Positions 20,311 through 33,300 of a stretch of DNA of 64,000 bases are shown one piece after another. A program made the position numbers and the translations under genes. The stretch's first letter is position 1; every line of letters starts with the position of its first letter. The DNA comes from Trichoplax adhaerens (taxonomy: Eukaryota; Animalia; Placozoa), in assembly GCF_000150275.1 (NCBI RefSeq), contig NW_002060948.1, positions 5,626,336 through 5,690,335 of the forward strand, given 5' to 3'. Under the pieces are notes generated by a model. That model was not told where the DNA came from. It did not search any database and saw only the letters and a program-made list of their open reading frames with translations.

Positions 20311-23300
20311 ATGTCCCAGCAGCCCTATATGCCTACCGGTAATACTCAGCATGGCTCTGGTGCTTATAAACTACAAAATCGCGGGCAATTAATGACAACT
20401 AGTCGATCCGCTGAAATGCCTCGCTATCCGCCTGCTGGGGTTTTGTATTCATTTCCACAGCAGTCTGTTCAGTCACCTTACCCAGCGTATGACAACAACA
20501 ACATGGTACGTTATAGACGTGTGCTTTAGTAACAGTTTTTTTAAGTGAATGTTACATGTAGTCAGTAAAAATGTATCAAACTTCATCAATGCAATAGCGG
20601 AAATATTACAATCGATCAATACTTTAATATTGTAGGGAAAAATACCGTATAGAGGAAGTATGTTTTATATTTCTTTGAATTTTGTCAGTTATTAAGTGTG
20701 CTTGATGACTAAATTATCTTACTTAAGTTTACGGAGCTATATTGTAAACTTTAGCACAGAATTACGAACAAAAAATGCATTAATGAACCACCTTAAGTAT
20801 GGCTGTACAAAATTAGGCTATAAACTATATTTTTACTTTTTTAATGATATATTAGGTAATGCAAAATAGGCCGGCCTATGGACATCAAAATTTTAACCTT
20901 ATGAACACTTATGTTGGTAATCAAGGTATGAGCAACCCTGGGTACAACACGCAAATGAACGTCGCTATGTCGCAGCCTGCAAATATGGCCTTCGCGACGA
21001 TGCATGATCGCTCTAGTATACAAAATAGAACCACACCAGTTCAAACTATGCCTCATCAAGCGGAATCACAAAATATGAATAATCCAATGAAGGCACCACC
21101 AAAGAAAAAGAAAAGCCATGCCTTAACGATTGTCGATCCTAACACTAAGGAAGCTGTGAATGTAAATGATACTACTCAATCGAACAATTTCGATAGTAAC
21201 ATCGAACGTTCTATTATGCATACGAAGCAAGCCGATAATAATGATCGCCGAAGCTATCAATCAAAAGCAAAAGGCTCGATAAATGATAGTCATGATGTTA
21301 TTTCTAATAGTACCACAGCTTCCAACAAAGAAGTGTCCAAAACAGAACAAGACAAAGAAATACAACTTCAGAAGTCAATTAAAAGTAGTGACGACAGTAG
21401 TGCAAATGCTGATGAACTACCAACGACATCAGAAAGTGGCAAAGTGCCTGTGCCTAAAACTGAAATAGAGGATGACGCTACAAAAGTTGAACCTAACGAT
21501 AGTTCCAATTTAGATAATATAATTGATCAACCAAATATGGCATCAGATAATTACGAAAATGAAGTAGTGAAAGTTGATCGGAAAGATGTAACTGACGGGA
21601 TTAGCGAGATGCAGGTAGACAATACTGATGATAAGAAAGCTGAGTTGATTGAAGAAGTTGTTGTAAGCAACGATTCATCAGGTGAGATTGTACTTATTAC
21701 GAAGAAGGGTAAATGAATGGCATATATTAATAAATCAAATGTTACGTAGCACCTGCAGAAGACGGAAGTAAGAACGCTCAAGCGGTTGTAGAGGAAGAGC
21801 AAAAACCGAAGCCCTCTAAAGAGAGTTTACATAAACCGGAAGCTGATTCAGAAAATATTAAAAAGGACGAGGTAGTTAAGAATCTAGCACTGCCTATTAA
21901 TATGCGAACGCGGCATTGAAAATTGAAATTGTTTTAAAATTTTTAGCCAGTATTAACAGAAGAGAAGGGAACTGAATCGTTTATTGAAATTAAGAATCAG
22001 GAGCCAACTATGGAAGATGAACAAAAGTCGGATACTAATGATGATCAAAGTCAGTCTGATGACGATAGCTTAGAACAGAATGAAGAAAGCGATGAAGGTA
22101 ATTAATTAAGGTTGCTTTACCAGCAAAACTTACTTTTTTATCCACTGAAAGGAAAGGGTTCTAGTACCTTTGCTTGTGAAACTGTGGAGAATTTTATGTT
22201 CAATCATAATTACTGATAAACAATTTCCATAGGTAATCGTCACTATGATCGTGAATTCCTACTAAAGTTTCGAGCTATGGGACCGGCCCAAGCTCGACCT
22301 GACTTACCGAACGTCGAATGTGTGCTAAAAGAGGTAATTTTGTTAATGACGTTAACCTAATTTACAGTAGAAATATGTTATAGCATTTATAACCACTTTT
22401 TTGCTAATAATTACTATTTACTATTATTTGTAGGGAAGCAATATTGGCGATGTGTTAAGGTTAAAAATGATTGTTTTATCTTGTAATTCTAACATTAAAA
22501 ATAACATGCTTCATTTTCTATTTAGTAAAGCTATTTATCAATTTGTTTACAGGCATCCCGCCGATTTCGTCCTTCCGCCATACAGCCGTCAAAAATCAAG
22601 TGTAAGTTTCATTCAATATAGACCTACATCTTAAAGCAATTTTGCTTATTTATCACATGATTGTCACATCAGGGCTCCGGTAAAGGAAGGAGTCAACGAG
22701 GATCCAAAAAAATAATTGATCATAGTATCTCTACTAATATTACGCTCAAGAAAGCAGACAATAAATGGCAGAGACCTAGCGAAGAACGTGACGAAGATAA
22801 AGTAAACAGACTGTTTTTCTCTAGCAGTATTTTCTGTCTCAGAAAGCTTATGTATGCCGTTTTTAAATTTTTATAGATTATTCTAAATAAGGTTAAAGCT
22901 ATTTTAAATAAATTAACGCCTCAAAAGTTCGATGTCTTGGTTGGGAATTTTAAAGAATTGACGATTGATAATGAAGCAAGATTAATGGGTGCCATAGACC
23001 TAATCTTTGAAAAGGTGCTAATATTCTGCTGATGTTTTAGATGATATTACGTAGCATTTAATCGTCGTGAATTTCCACACTTTTAGGCAATTGCTGAACC
23101 AAGCTTTAATCGCTGCTATGCTCAACTCTGCCTGCTATTACAGGATGTATGACAAATCAAACGTTTTTGATAGAGGTATAATTTGTAGGTCATTTGCTCA
23201 TTGTAGAAGCTTCTATTCTGTTTTACAGACCTCAATACAAAAAGGAGCGGATGGATTATCCGGCAAATCTAAAAATGTAACATTAAGACGATTGATCTTG

Positions 23301-26300
23301 AATAAGTGTCAAGCAGAATTTAGCAAAACTAAAAGTTTCGATAGCAATAAAGCGGAGCGAAAAGAAAAAAGACTAGCCGAATGCAACACGGTATGTCTTT
23401 ACGATCACATTATACAGCACATATTATCAAATATTATAGTAATTGGAGCTACTATTTTAAAATCATAGAATGAAGAGAAGCGTCGGGTACAGGAAGAATT
23501 GGACATAGAAGAAATTAAAGCAAGAAAGCGATCACTTGGAAATGTTAAATTTATTGGAGAGCTATTTAAATTAGGGGTAAATTTACGTATAAATTGCGTA
23601 TCGGTATTCTATCCTTTCGGTCAATAGATTATTATATTAAAGTGCTTATAATATAATCTTCATCATTGTAGATGCTTAAGGAGAATATTATACATCAAGA
23701 TTGCCTTGTACAATTATTTCATAACAGTGATGAAGATTCTTTGGAAAGCTTATGTGGCTTTATGACAAGCGTTGGAAAACTTCTCGATAGGCCTGATATA
23801 GCAGATAGGATGGATCAATATTTTGACCGATTGAAAAAATTAACGCAGAAGAAAGATAGGATTTGTGCTCGCATGCGATTCATGATTCAAGATGTAATTG
23901 ACTTAAGACAGGTATACTCTATTCGTAGATTACGACCTCAAATATTGCCTAGTTATAAAAAGAACCTTGCTTTATTTCTAGAATAATTGGGTGCCTAGAA
24001 GGGCAGATAACAATCCTAAGAAAATTGATGAAATTCATCGTGAAGTTGAAAAAGAAGCTGCAATGCAAGAAGAACAACTGCGTGCGCACCAGCCTAGAGA
24101 GAAAAACATGCCTAGAAATAGAGGTTAGCTCAATGGTTTTTCTTGTATTTGTCATCGTGTATGATGGAAATTGTACGATACAGAACTCTTTTATTACAAT
24201 AAATCAGGTCGAGGGAATGACATGGACGATAGAAGACAAAATTATGGTGCAAGCCGACAGCGAATGGATAGATCTGAAATAAATGTTTCTAAGTTTATGG
24301 AAGCTGCAAACAAAAAAGATGAAGCTATAACGTTAGGACCCCCAAGCTGGATCAAAAAGACTGCTAACAATTCCGGAGGTTCGCCACGTACGAAGTTAGT
24401 ATCCTAAATCGAAATAGATAATCAAAATAAATTTATCTGTTGATGGATCGAAGTATCTAAATCAGTAAAAAATCTCTTACAGTCAATCGAAAGATCTTCA
24501 TTCCAAACACTATAAAGCCCAAGGGTCGACTAGGTATATCTATGATTATTTATATTATTGTGTATTTAAATCATTTAACATTTCGGTGATGTACTTTCTG
24601 TAGTGGTATTATGAAAGAACGCAGCGCGATTTCCCATGACAGAAAACGTGATAATGCGAATATTAAAGAGAACAATAAGTTAACTGAAGTATCATCAGAT
24701 AGATTATTGTCTATTGTAGAAGAAGTTTTTGAAGAATACCGTAATAATGGTGATTTTAAGGTATTAGCTCAAAATTCCAGCAATTGTTTCCTTCTCAGAA
24801 ATTTTTAGGAATCTAATGCAAGTATTACTTTTAATTGTAGGGTCCTGTTCAAGAATTGAGCGATAAATCGAATTTTGTAGATAAACTTGTTAACCACGTT
24901 CTTGATAAGAAGGATGAGGATCAGAAGGCTGCTTCTTTGTTGCTGCAGGTCTTATTCGAAGATTCAATTATACCGTCTGATGACTATTCAAAGGCGTAAG
25001 TTAATTTCTTTGCCTCTTACCGATTCTTATAGAGTACGGTGTTTCTCATCAGTTATTTAATTATTTATTGTTATCTTGCATCATAGATTTGTGAGTATCC
25101 TAGATGTTGCTACGGATGTGGCAATTGATGTTCCACTGATTTATAGGTATTTAGCGAAGTTGTTTTCGCCGTTAATACCAAGTTGTGTTTCATTACAACA
25201 ATTAATTAAAATTGCAAAGAACAATGTAATTGCAAGTTGTAATGGCCATAAATTGATTTGTGAAATCTTAGTCAACATCAAGGATATTAAGGTACATTAT
25301 TCTCATTTGAAGTGAAATGGTATGGTAGGCAATACAAAGTTACTGAATTCAGAACGATTGCATACAAATATATAGGGCGTAGATTTTGTTAGCAAGGTAT
25401 GGGCAGATAGTGGTGTTTCTGTTTCTGATTTCACAAGCCTGGATAGCGCGAAAGTATTGCGTGATAACGTATGTTTAGATGCAATAAAATTAACTTTACG
25501 AAATATGTGGAGATTAATTTGTATTTCATTATCATGAATGCGTAGGGTCTTGAATTTCTGATCAAACCTAAAATCAGTTCTGAAGAGATAGAAGATGAAA
25601 TTCTACGTATGCTTGAGAATGGAAATGATACCGCAGTCCAGCAAATGGATCAATTATTGAACACGGTATTGATGAACAATATTTTCGTATTGTATTTACA
25701 CGTGCATTAGCATAACGCATTAGAAAGTAATTATCTAATTAATTATCTTGATCAATTAGTACGCAATTACTCATCAATTGGAAGATTTATTGCATAAAGC
25801 CACGATTGCAATTTGCCGCAGTTGTGTTAAAGGTTGGTTGTCTTTACCGATTTGATTTATTTTGGATTCATTTGTGTAATAAATTGTTTCTGCTGTTTTA
25901 ATTATTGATGTCACATTATTGTCGCTGCAATTGGCAGGAAATAATTGCGATGAAGGAAAATTAAAGAAGAATATTGTTGTGCTCGACTCTGTATTAAAGA
26001 AATTTTACGATACTAACAAAGGTGGACTTGCTTGTTTGAGTCGTATAGAAGAATTTGTGTCCGGTTTAGGCCACCCGCCAGGTAACGTTATGTTTATGTT
26101 GCCTTGAAGTATCAAAATTGGTTGTTATAAAAATTGCTAATGGTAATTTCATACTATCAATGCAGATCTTCTAGCAAAAATTTTTAACAGTTTATACGAT
26201 TTTGAAAGTATTAATGAAGCTACCTTCAAGGAATGGCTTGATGATAAAAAGTCGAGATCACCTGAAGTTGCACGTTCTCTTAGCCATTTTATTGATAGAA

Positions 26301-26329
26301 TTGAGAAGGGCGATGTGGAATCAGAATAA
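20311..26329 (+). CDS. eIF4G: Eukaryotic translation initiation factor 4 gamma (eIF4G1/3-type), multi-exon; N-terminus may extend to upstream exons (20016-20065 and 18583-18658)
   Basis: PABP-binding-like KKKKSHALTIVDPNT, eIF4E-binding YxxxxL-phi motif YDREFLL (22244-22264), MIF4G domain (KVKAILNKLTPQKF, IDLIFEKAIAEPSF, LRRLILNKCQAEF, SLGNVKFIGELFKL, RMRFMIQDVIDLRQNNWVPR), MA3-like region (DVAIDVPLIYRYLAKL), W2-like end (IFNSLYDFESINEATFKEWL). Stop TAA 26327-26329. Confidence 0.94.
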
Positions 26330-28535
26330 AGATATAAGATTGTTACATATTGTTTAGCGTTTGAATTTAGATTGTTGGGATAACAGACACTTGCAAAGTA
26401 AGTTATGCCTAATGTGTATAACACTGTATGTTACTATGCATACTTGACAATCATGGTACAATGACTTCTTGTCCGATATCGAGACGTAGATAGATCTGCC
26501 AAATACTTTATATCACTTTGGTTTATGGATAAAGTATTATTTTGTGAAGCGCAGATATAACAACTATTTAGATATCGTACGAAGGAATATATTTGTAAGT
26601 AAATAATCATATACTTTGATATTGGGTGTATTAAACTAAACTATCGTCGCTTGATTTATACTATTACTATTACTTGAATCGAAGAGTTTGTTTTGTCTGA
26701 TTACAGTCAATAAATCGAAGTTTTATTGAAATAAAAATTCTTCGCTTTTCGCTTGTAATTTAAGAAATTTGTTAACGGTTTACATTAAATTATAGAATAA
26801 GCGATACACAACACGTATCATTGTATTATAGACTGCATAGTCGTTGCTAGCTCTCGATTAATTGCTAATTTATTAGCAAACTTATATTGCCTCTTTACCA
26901 CATTTTGAGGTAAAACGCGTTAGGCGATTTCATATCCCTATTGTGCAACTTTGATCAGCATTATTTGTTACTGCCAATCGCGACAGAATATGATCTGTAG
27001 TGTTTTATTGATGGTATTTTACGATCGTTTCCTGCAACATGGCTTAATATTATCTTTAACTACTGATGTAATATCTAATCAATTAAGTAATATGACTGTT
27101 ATAAATAAAATAGTAGTCTTTTATGAATGTGTTATTAACTGTGTAATTAATATAACATTGATAGAGAGCTAGATTACTGCTTGTCATGTAAAAAATATGC
27201 AATTTATGCAATTTTAAAGTATTGCGGGTATTTGTATAATGCAGCATACGTAGTATGAAATGACTGTTTAGTAATACCGTACTTCTGTTTAAATTAAATT
27301 AAAATCACCAATTGGATGCATTCGTACCTCATTAGATACTGTTATTAATTTGCGTACTTCACGTAAACGTATATCATTAGCTTTCACTGAATTAGCAGTC
27401 AATAGACTTGGATACAGAATCGAAAGGTATTTCCACGCACTTTGACCGTACGAACTAAAGTAAAATTCAATAGCCTACAAGCTCTAGGCTGCTAGCCTTT
27501 GACATCATACAGTATTGAAGGGTTAAAATAATCTCATTGAAGCTTAGACCGGTTGGAGGTTAGAAAATTTAAATTTGATATCTAAAATTTATAAAGTAAC
27601 AGGTTCAGCATAAAACTCTATACCGCTTTATATGACTAACACTATTATATACTTGTCAATGATAATCGTAATGAAATATAACCAGTTTGACATATTAAAT
27701 ACTGAAGAGATTGTGAAAGTGCACCGTACACATATTCATACACTAGAATGATACTTAATACACGGCATAAAAATCCTTCTTTTCTGGTGCCTTACGTTCA
27801 CATTTTTAAATATGTTTATTACCATGTATCATTAACGATATCAATATTTGTAATATAATCATAATATAATAAATTTACAAAAGGATCAATGAAATCGTTA
27901 CGAAATACATCGGTCATTCTCAAGAGCTAATCTTTTATAGCATATGATTAGCTACAGTGCCAATAAAGACAAATTTCTGGAAAAGATACTCGTATTAACC
28001 ACATATCATATTTAGATTAGGTTATAATTGGTGATAAAGAGTAAAATACAGAGTTGAAATAACCCATTTGATTTAATTAGTAACCAACTTGTTCAAAGTT
28101 ACTTACGAATACAAGCATAGTGTTTTGTATACGTTGAAACTATAGGATTCATTACAATAGTTGGAAAGGAAAGCACGACTATTACACTAAAATATCAGGT
28201 TATACTTCTCCAGCTTTAAAAATATTAAATGAATTAGAGATCAATTTTAAAAAGTATATAGCGTAATTGTTAGAAAGATGGCTTTTATGCAATTAAAGGT
28301 TAGGTCCATGGTAGTCTATTACTATATTTACTAGTTGTAACGTGCGCGAATATGAAACCTGGATAATAATTCGCAGCAAAGTCCTAATACCGGATCTAGA
28401 CTATAGGTTTCAATGGCTAAAATGTTGTAAAGAAATTTTATAATAGTACGGTTGTTGTTATTTTCATGTTCAGTGTAGAAGGAGTAGAATAAACCAGATA
28501 GTAATTGTATTCTAGTTGAGGAGTTATGTCTTTAA

Positions 28536-30370
28536 TTAAGTTTCAGGAAATAAGTCGATAGTGTCTTCTGTCATTCTGGAAGTTGGTTTAGCTCTCATAA
28601 GAAGTTGAACAATAGCTTGAGCAAAATTCTCTATATCATCTTCATCGTCATCATCATGGTCATCTTCGTCTTCATTCTCATCTTCATCAACGTCTTCTGA
28701 TCCTTCGTCCCTCTTCAACATTATTATTAAAATTACTGCTTGCGTTTTCTAATTCTGCAGCTAATTTATCAATGATATCGACACTTTTGATAGCTAGATA
28801 TAAACAAAAAAAGTAAGAAGGGAAGCGTTGCCAACCAATTTCAATTTCTTCTAGTTGGTTTCTATAGCATTGATATACTACCTTTATATCTTGTTGACAG
28901 CCTCAACTGTTATGATAACACTTTGCACGATGATGCATATGTAATGAAGATTCATTAGTAGCATTTTCAAAGCAAACATTAGCTTGGTCTACTTTATCTT
29001 GCTGATTATATAATTTCCAAGTCCATACTGGCCTTGACAGTGTAATTCTTGATCATTTTCAATAATTCGCTTATATATTAATTCGCTCAGCTGGGGATCA
29101 TCACATGCGATGTGTTTTTAATGCTGTAACTTAGCAATTTCATACAAGGATGAATAAGTATAAAGTCGGCACTCATCAAGAATATTTCTAGCGAAAAAAT
29201 GAGCAGCCCTTTGGAGATCTTTTTCGACACCGATGCCATGAGCATAGACAATACCCAAAGCAAAAGCAGTGCCACTATCGCCGCCACCGTAGTTTTGCTT
29301 GTATAATTAATTCGACAGAAACGTTAGCTTTTAATAAATATTGATGTATCATTTTAGGATGACTTTCTGAGTCGGAGTATTTAACGGGTTCTTGCATTCG
29401 TGCAATATCGACAGCCATATGCACTAACGCTTTTGCAAAGTAGATACATTTAAATTTTAAATTTGAACGATCTAGTCATCGCAAGCATTGTTGAATGGTA
29501 TATAAATCTATTCTTACTCTGGAAAGTAACGCTAAGATAGAGCGAGATAGAATGTCCACGGGAAGCAGCTTTCTTAGTGTAGTAATTGCGCTTGGCTCTA
29601 TTTGTTTTTGTAGCACGAGCCCATCGATATATTAGCCAACCTAAGTACTAATCAGCTCGTCCGTCCCCTAATTTACTAGCGGCTTCAAGATACTCCTTTG
29701 CTTTCCGGTAATTGGGCAGATTCTCTTCATCAACATCACGCAAAATGTTTTCATCGTACTGGACCATGTTGATACTGACTATTGCCAAGAGAATGTAACT
29801 CGATGCAACCTTTTCTGAGCTATAATTGTCAGGATTATCAATGATACCTTTGGCCTCGTCTATAATCACTTTAATATATTTCTCCATTTCGGATAAAAAC
29901 GCCAATTTGTCCATAATTCGCGGTTAACAGGCGATAATTCTTCAACTTGTATAATACATTTCAGATAATCTCGGAACTTACCATAAAGTCATTGGCTGTA
30001 ATTTTTACAACTTTTAATTCGCCATGCTTCTCGTCTTCAAAATCATCTTCAGCACTAATTAATTCCCATTTGCAAAACCGAGCTACAGGATGACCGAGAT
30101 TAGCTGCAGCTTCAAATTCTTGATTACTTTGACTAAATTTTGACCTTCTGAACTATATCCCCATCGATAGATCAAACCCATTTTATAGTGTGCATGAGCA
30201 TCGTTGGTATCGGTCACTTGTTGCTTATAATCATTTAATGCTTCATCGCTGCCGATCCAATTCAGCCTGTGTAAATGTTGCAGTTTATCCAGAATGTAAC
30301 CACGTTGGTCATTGTATAGGCTAGCTAAACCTTTGCCAAGGGTAAGATGACTCTTCGGCTTTCTTTTCCT
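28536..30370 (-). pseudogene. Disrupted Sel1-like-repeat (SLR/TPR) protein gene with acidic C-terminal tail
   Basis: Sel1-type repeats: DAHAHYKMGLIYRWGYSSEGQNLVKVIK/[frameshift ~30120]/EFEAAANLGHPVA; KAKEYLEAASKLGDGRAD*YLGWLIYRW (in-frame TAG 29648-29650); AFALGIVYAHGIGVEKDLQRAAHFF (~29194-29270); GQYGLGNLY. Several further stops; ends in a D/E-rich tract (28536-28721). Confidence 0.8.
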
Positions 30371-33300
30371 TAATATTGTTCAGTCCAATAAAGTCGAAAA
30401 GGCAGCCAATTGCACACTATTTGTATTCGTCTGATCAATCTTCAATAAGAATGGGAAATTAAAACATTTTTTCTTTACTCTGCTACGTGCAATGGGTTGA
30501 AATTAGCTTGACGATATTACTATTTTATTCTTTGAAATCTGTAGCATTTTTTTTCGCCTAATCTACTTTTCAATCTGGCTAAAAGCAAACAGTATTTCGT
30601 TACCATTAAGGCCAAAGCTAGCTTTGATAACGTTTATTTCATATCAAGCTAGAGATTGTTGTATGCTCAATATCGTTGCGTTATAACTTGATATTAAGCT
30701 TATCCTACTTCAACTTGCCAATCTTGACAAGATTTTACTAGCAAGAGCTGCTGGTCTCGCTATTATGGTACCTTAATATACCTTTTGCATGTAAGAGTCG
30801 AAGCCTAGTATACGAGTATATAAAGTCCTCGTTATGCTATCATTGCTATGCAAATGCAGTGAAATTTGGTTGGTTATGTCAGATTGGATCTTATTATTGC
30901 AGACGGGTGGGGTAGCTCATGATCCAGTTCTCAAATTTGTTAGCCAGATATACTGTTACTGTATATACTCGTAATACTCATATGAAAGAAAGTGCGCATC
31001 TAATCGAGCTTTACGAGTATAAATTAATTGCTTAATATTACTCACGCAAGCTCTAGCAGCTACTGAAGTAGTAAATTGCCGTTCTAGAAATGGTCATTAA
31101 CTTAATAGATAGGTTCTAGTGATTATGTAGCTAAATGACTTATAGTCTGATATTGTCCTTGTTTTGATGTGGAACAAGTACAGTAGATATTCTAGGGAGT
31201 AGAGAGCATCATACAGTACTCTGAATATAGCATATAAATTAATTCATGCGTAAGCTGCAAAGATTAGAAAATATTATCTTCATGGAGAACTTTTACAAAA
31301 GCGCGCTGTTACCATCACAACTCTACCGCTAATAACCATGCAGTAGCTCATGTTAGTAGGGAGTGATCTAGCGATAGAAAGAGAAGCCCCTAAGATCCTC
31401 CAATCTCGACTATTAGATGGTGAAATGGCTGACTGTTGCAATAACTGCGGTCTTATTTTCTCACAGGAATGTTCACGCGATTATTAGCAACAGAAACTAC
31501 TCAATGAAATGAAGATGAATTGATAATATTATTAATACATAAGGATGTTTGTTATATTCGCTTTGGCCGAAACTCTGCTGTTATATGCAGCTATAGGTGG
31601 TCATTTTTTCTTCTGGCTAGGTTCCATTCATTGCTTCCTTAACTGCCTACCCGGATATGCAGTAGTGATAGTTTGTCGTGATTCTTATAGTCTGGATGTT
31701 AAGTTAAACTGATGCAACTATAATTATATGATTTAGCCGGAACCAATTAAAGCTATAACAAAGCTGGCCTGTAAAGGCTTTCGAAGGAGAAAGTAATATC
31801 TATTCAAACCTAATCTTTAGGAGCTTGGATTCCTTAAGAGAGAAAGAACGATTAATAAAAGCGCGAGCTAGTATAGCTTCACCGATGATGCTATTAACAG
31901 AATTTGAAGATTGAGCTTACGTAGTACATGTAGTAAGAATAGTGTTTGTGACTTTGTCCATCATGAATTATGCTGTAATACTGTAGATAGGCAATTAGTA
32001 GTCGTAACAAACAGATGGCAAATGAATAAACATATTATTGACATATGAATATGCATAACACGATATGATAATGAAGGGATTAAAGATCAGCCATGTAACA
32101 GCGCTTGTCACTCATTTTTCTTAAACTAGATGTTGTCAATAAGATTATCAATAATAACACTTTCATCAATACAATATGGATATATAGAAGTTGAATGTTC
32201 AAATGCAAATAACTTCTTGTCCGCTATTTTACGTACCAAATCGACCAATGTTGTTATTATCATCATGGTCGACATAAATACTATGCTGTAGAATAGCCTG
32301 AGGACATGTAAAATAGGACACAGTCTAGCCAATTCATAAGATCATGTGCTAATTCAATGTCCAGACACAACATCATTACATCAAAGGGTAGAGGAGAATG
32401 ATGAATTATTTCATATTACATGGAATTTTAGGAATATCAATCAAGTACATGAAATGAAATTATTCACAATAACTAAGAAAGCAAGTACGATAAGATAGAA
32501 TAAATGAGGACACTTATTTTATTTTTTACGTCGTTACTATATTATTTTAGGCTATGTTACGTCGTGATATATCGGGTTCAATCAAATCTCTATGCCATCT
32601 TATGGAGTTATAGTTAATCTATCTGGCGATAATTATAGCTCAGTAGATTTGCGCGTAACATCATTTAGAGAATGAATGAATCATCTGTCTTAGCTATAGT
32701 CTAGCTATAAGTTGCTATTGTGCTTTTACTTCTTGACCAATATGCACCATAGATAATAATTACGTGGCAATAATAAAATGATGGGCTAATTCATAGGTGT
32801 ATCTTAAGGGCAAAATCAATTTTAGGACAGATTTAAACTATACAATAGCTAATTATAATTATAGAGGAATGGTGAAACACTTTTAGCATTGGCGTTAATT
32901 AAATTTACAGCGAATGTCTATAGGAGGATATTTTCTATTGTCAATTTCAGCATTAGAAAATGTTTTAAGGGCTCCAATAACCTTGTCAAAAAGAGCAAGG
33001 GATACAAAGAAGAATCGTAAATATTCGATTGGAAAGTCTACGTACATCCTCGTTCTAGTTATCTATCATGTTGAGATGGTAAATTTCATTCACATTCTTA
33101 AATCAATCACAATTGAGATTGAATAATTAATAATGCCACCTTTGTACGCAATTACGAATTAATTGTGATAATCAGTTATATATTAAACAAGTATCACGTT
33201 GTTACTACTGAGCAGTGAATATTTATAGTTCAAATCTTCTTTAAGGACTATCGCCTTTGCAATTGGAATGCTAAAATTTCTCAGTGTTTCTGCGAATGAA

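Noticed and set aside
20636-20657. Possible 22-nt eIF4G microexon (ag|GGAAAA...GGAA|gtatgt)
   Set aside because: It would break the frame; the flanking exons (20505, 20856) join directly in phase 0. It cannot be excluded as a poison exon but has no support.
24399-24407. GTATCCTA as a second U12 donor in eIF4G
   Set aside because: Imperfect consensus, no TCCTTAAC branch site, and the upstream GTTAGT donor gives the correct phase.
29087-29287. 66-aa hydrophobic ORF resembling a secreted or membrane peptide
   Set aside because: It is an alternative frame over the Sel1 repeat AFALGIVYAHGIGVEKD.
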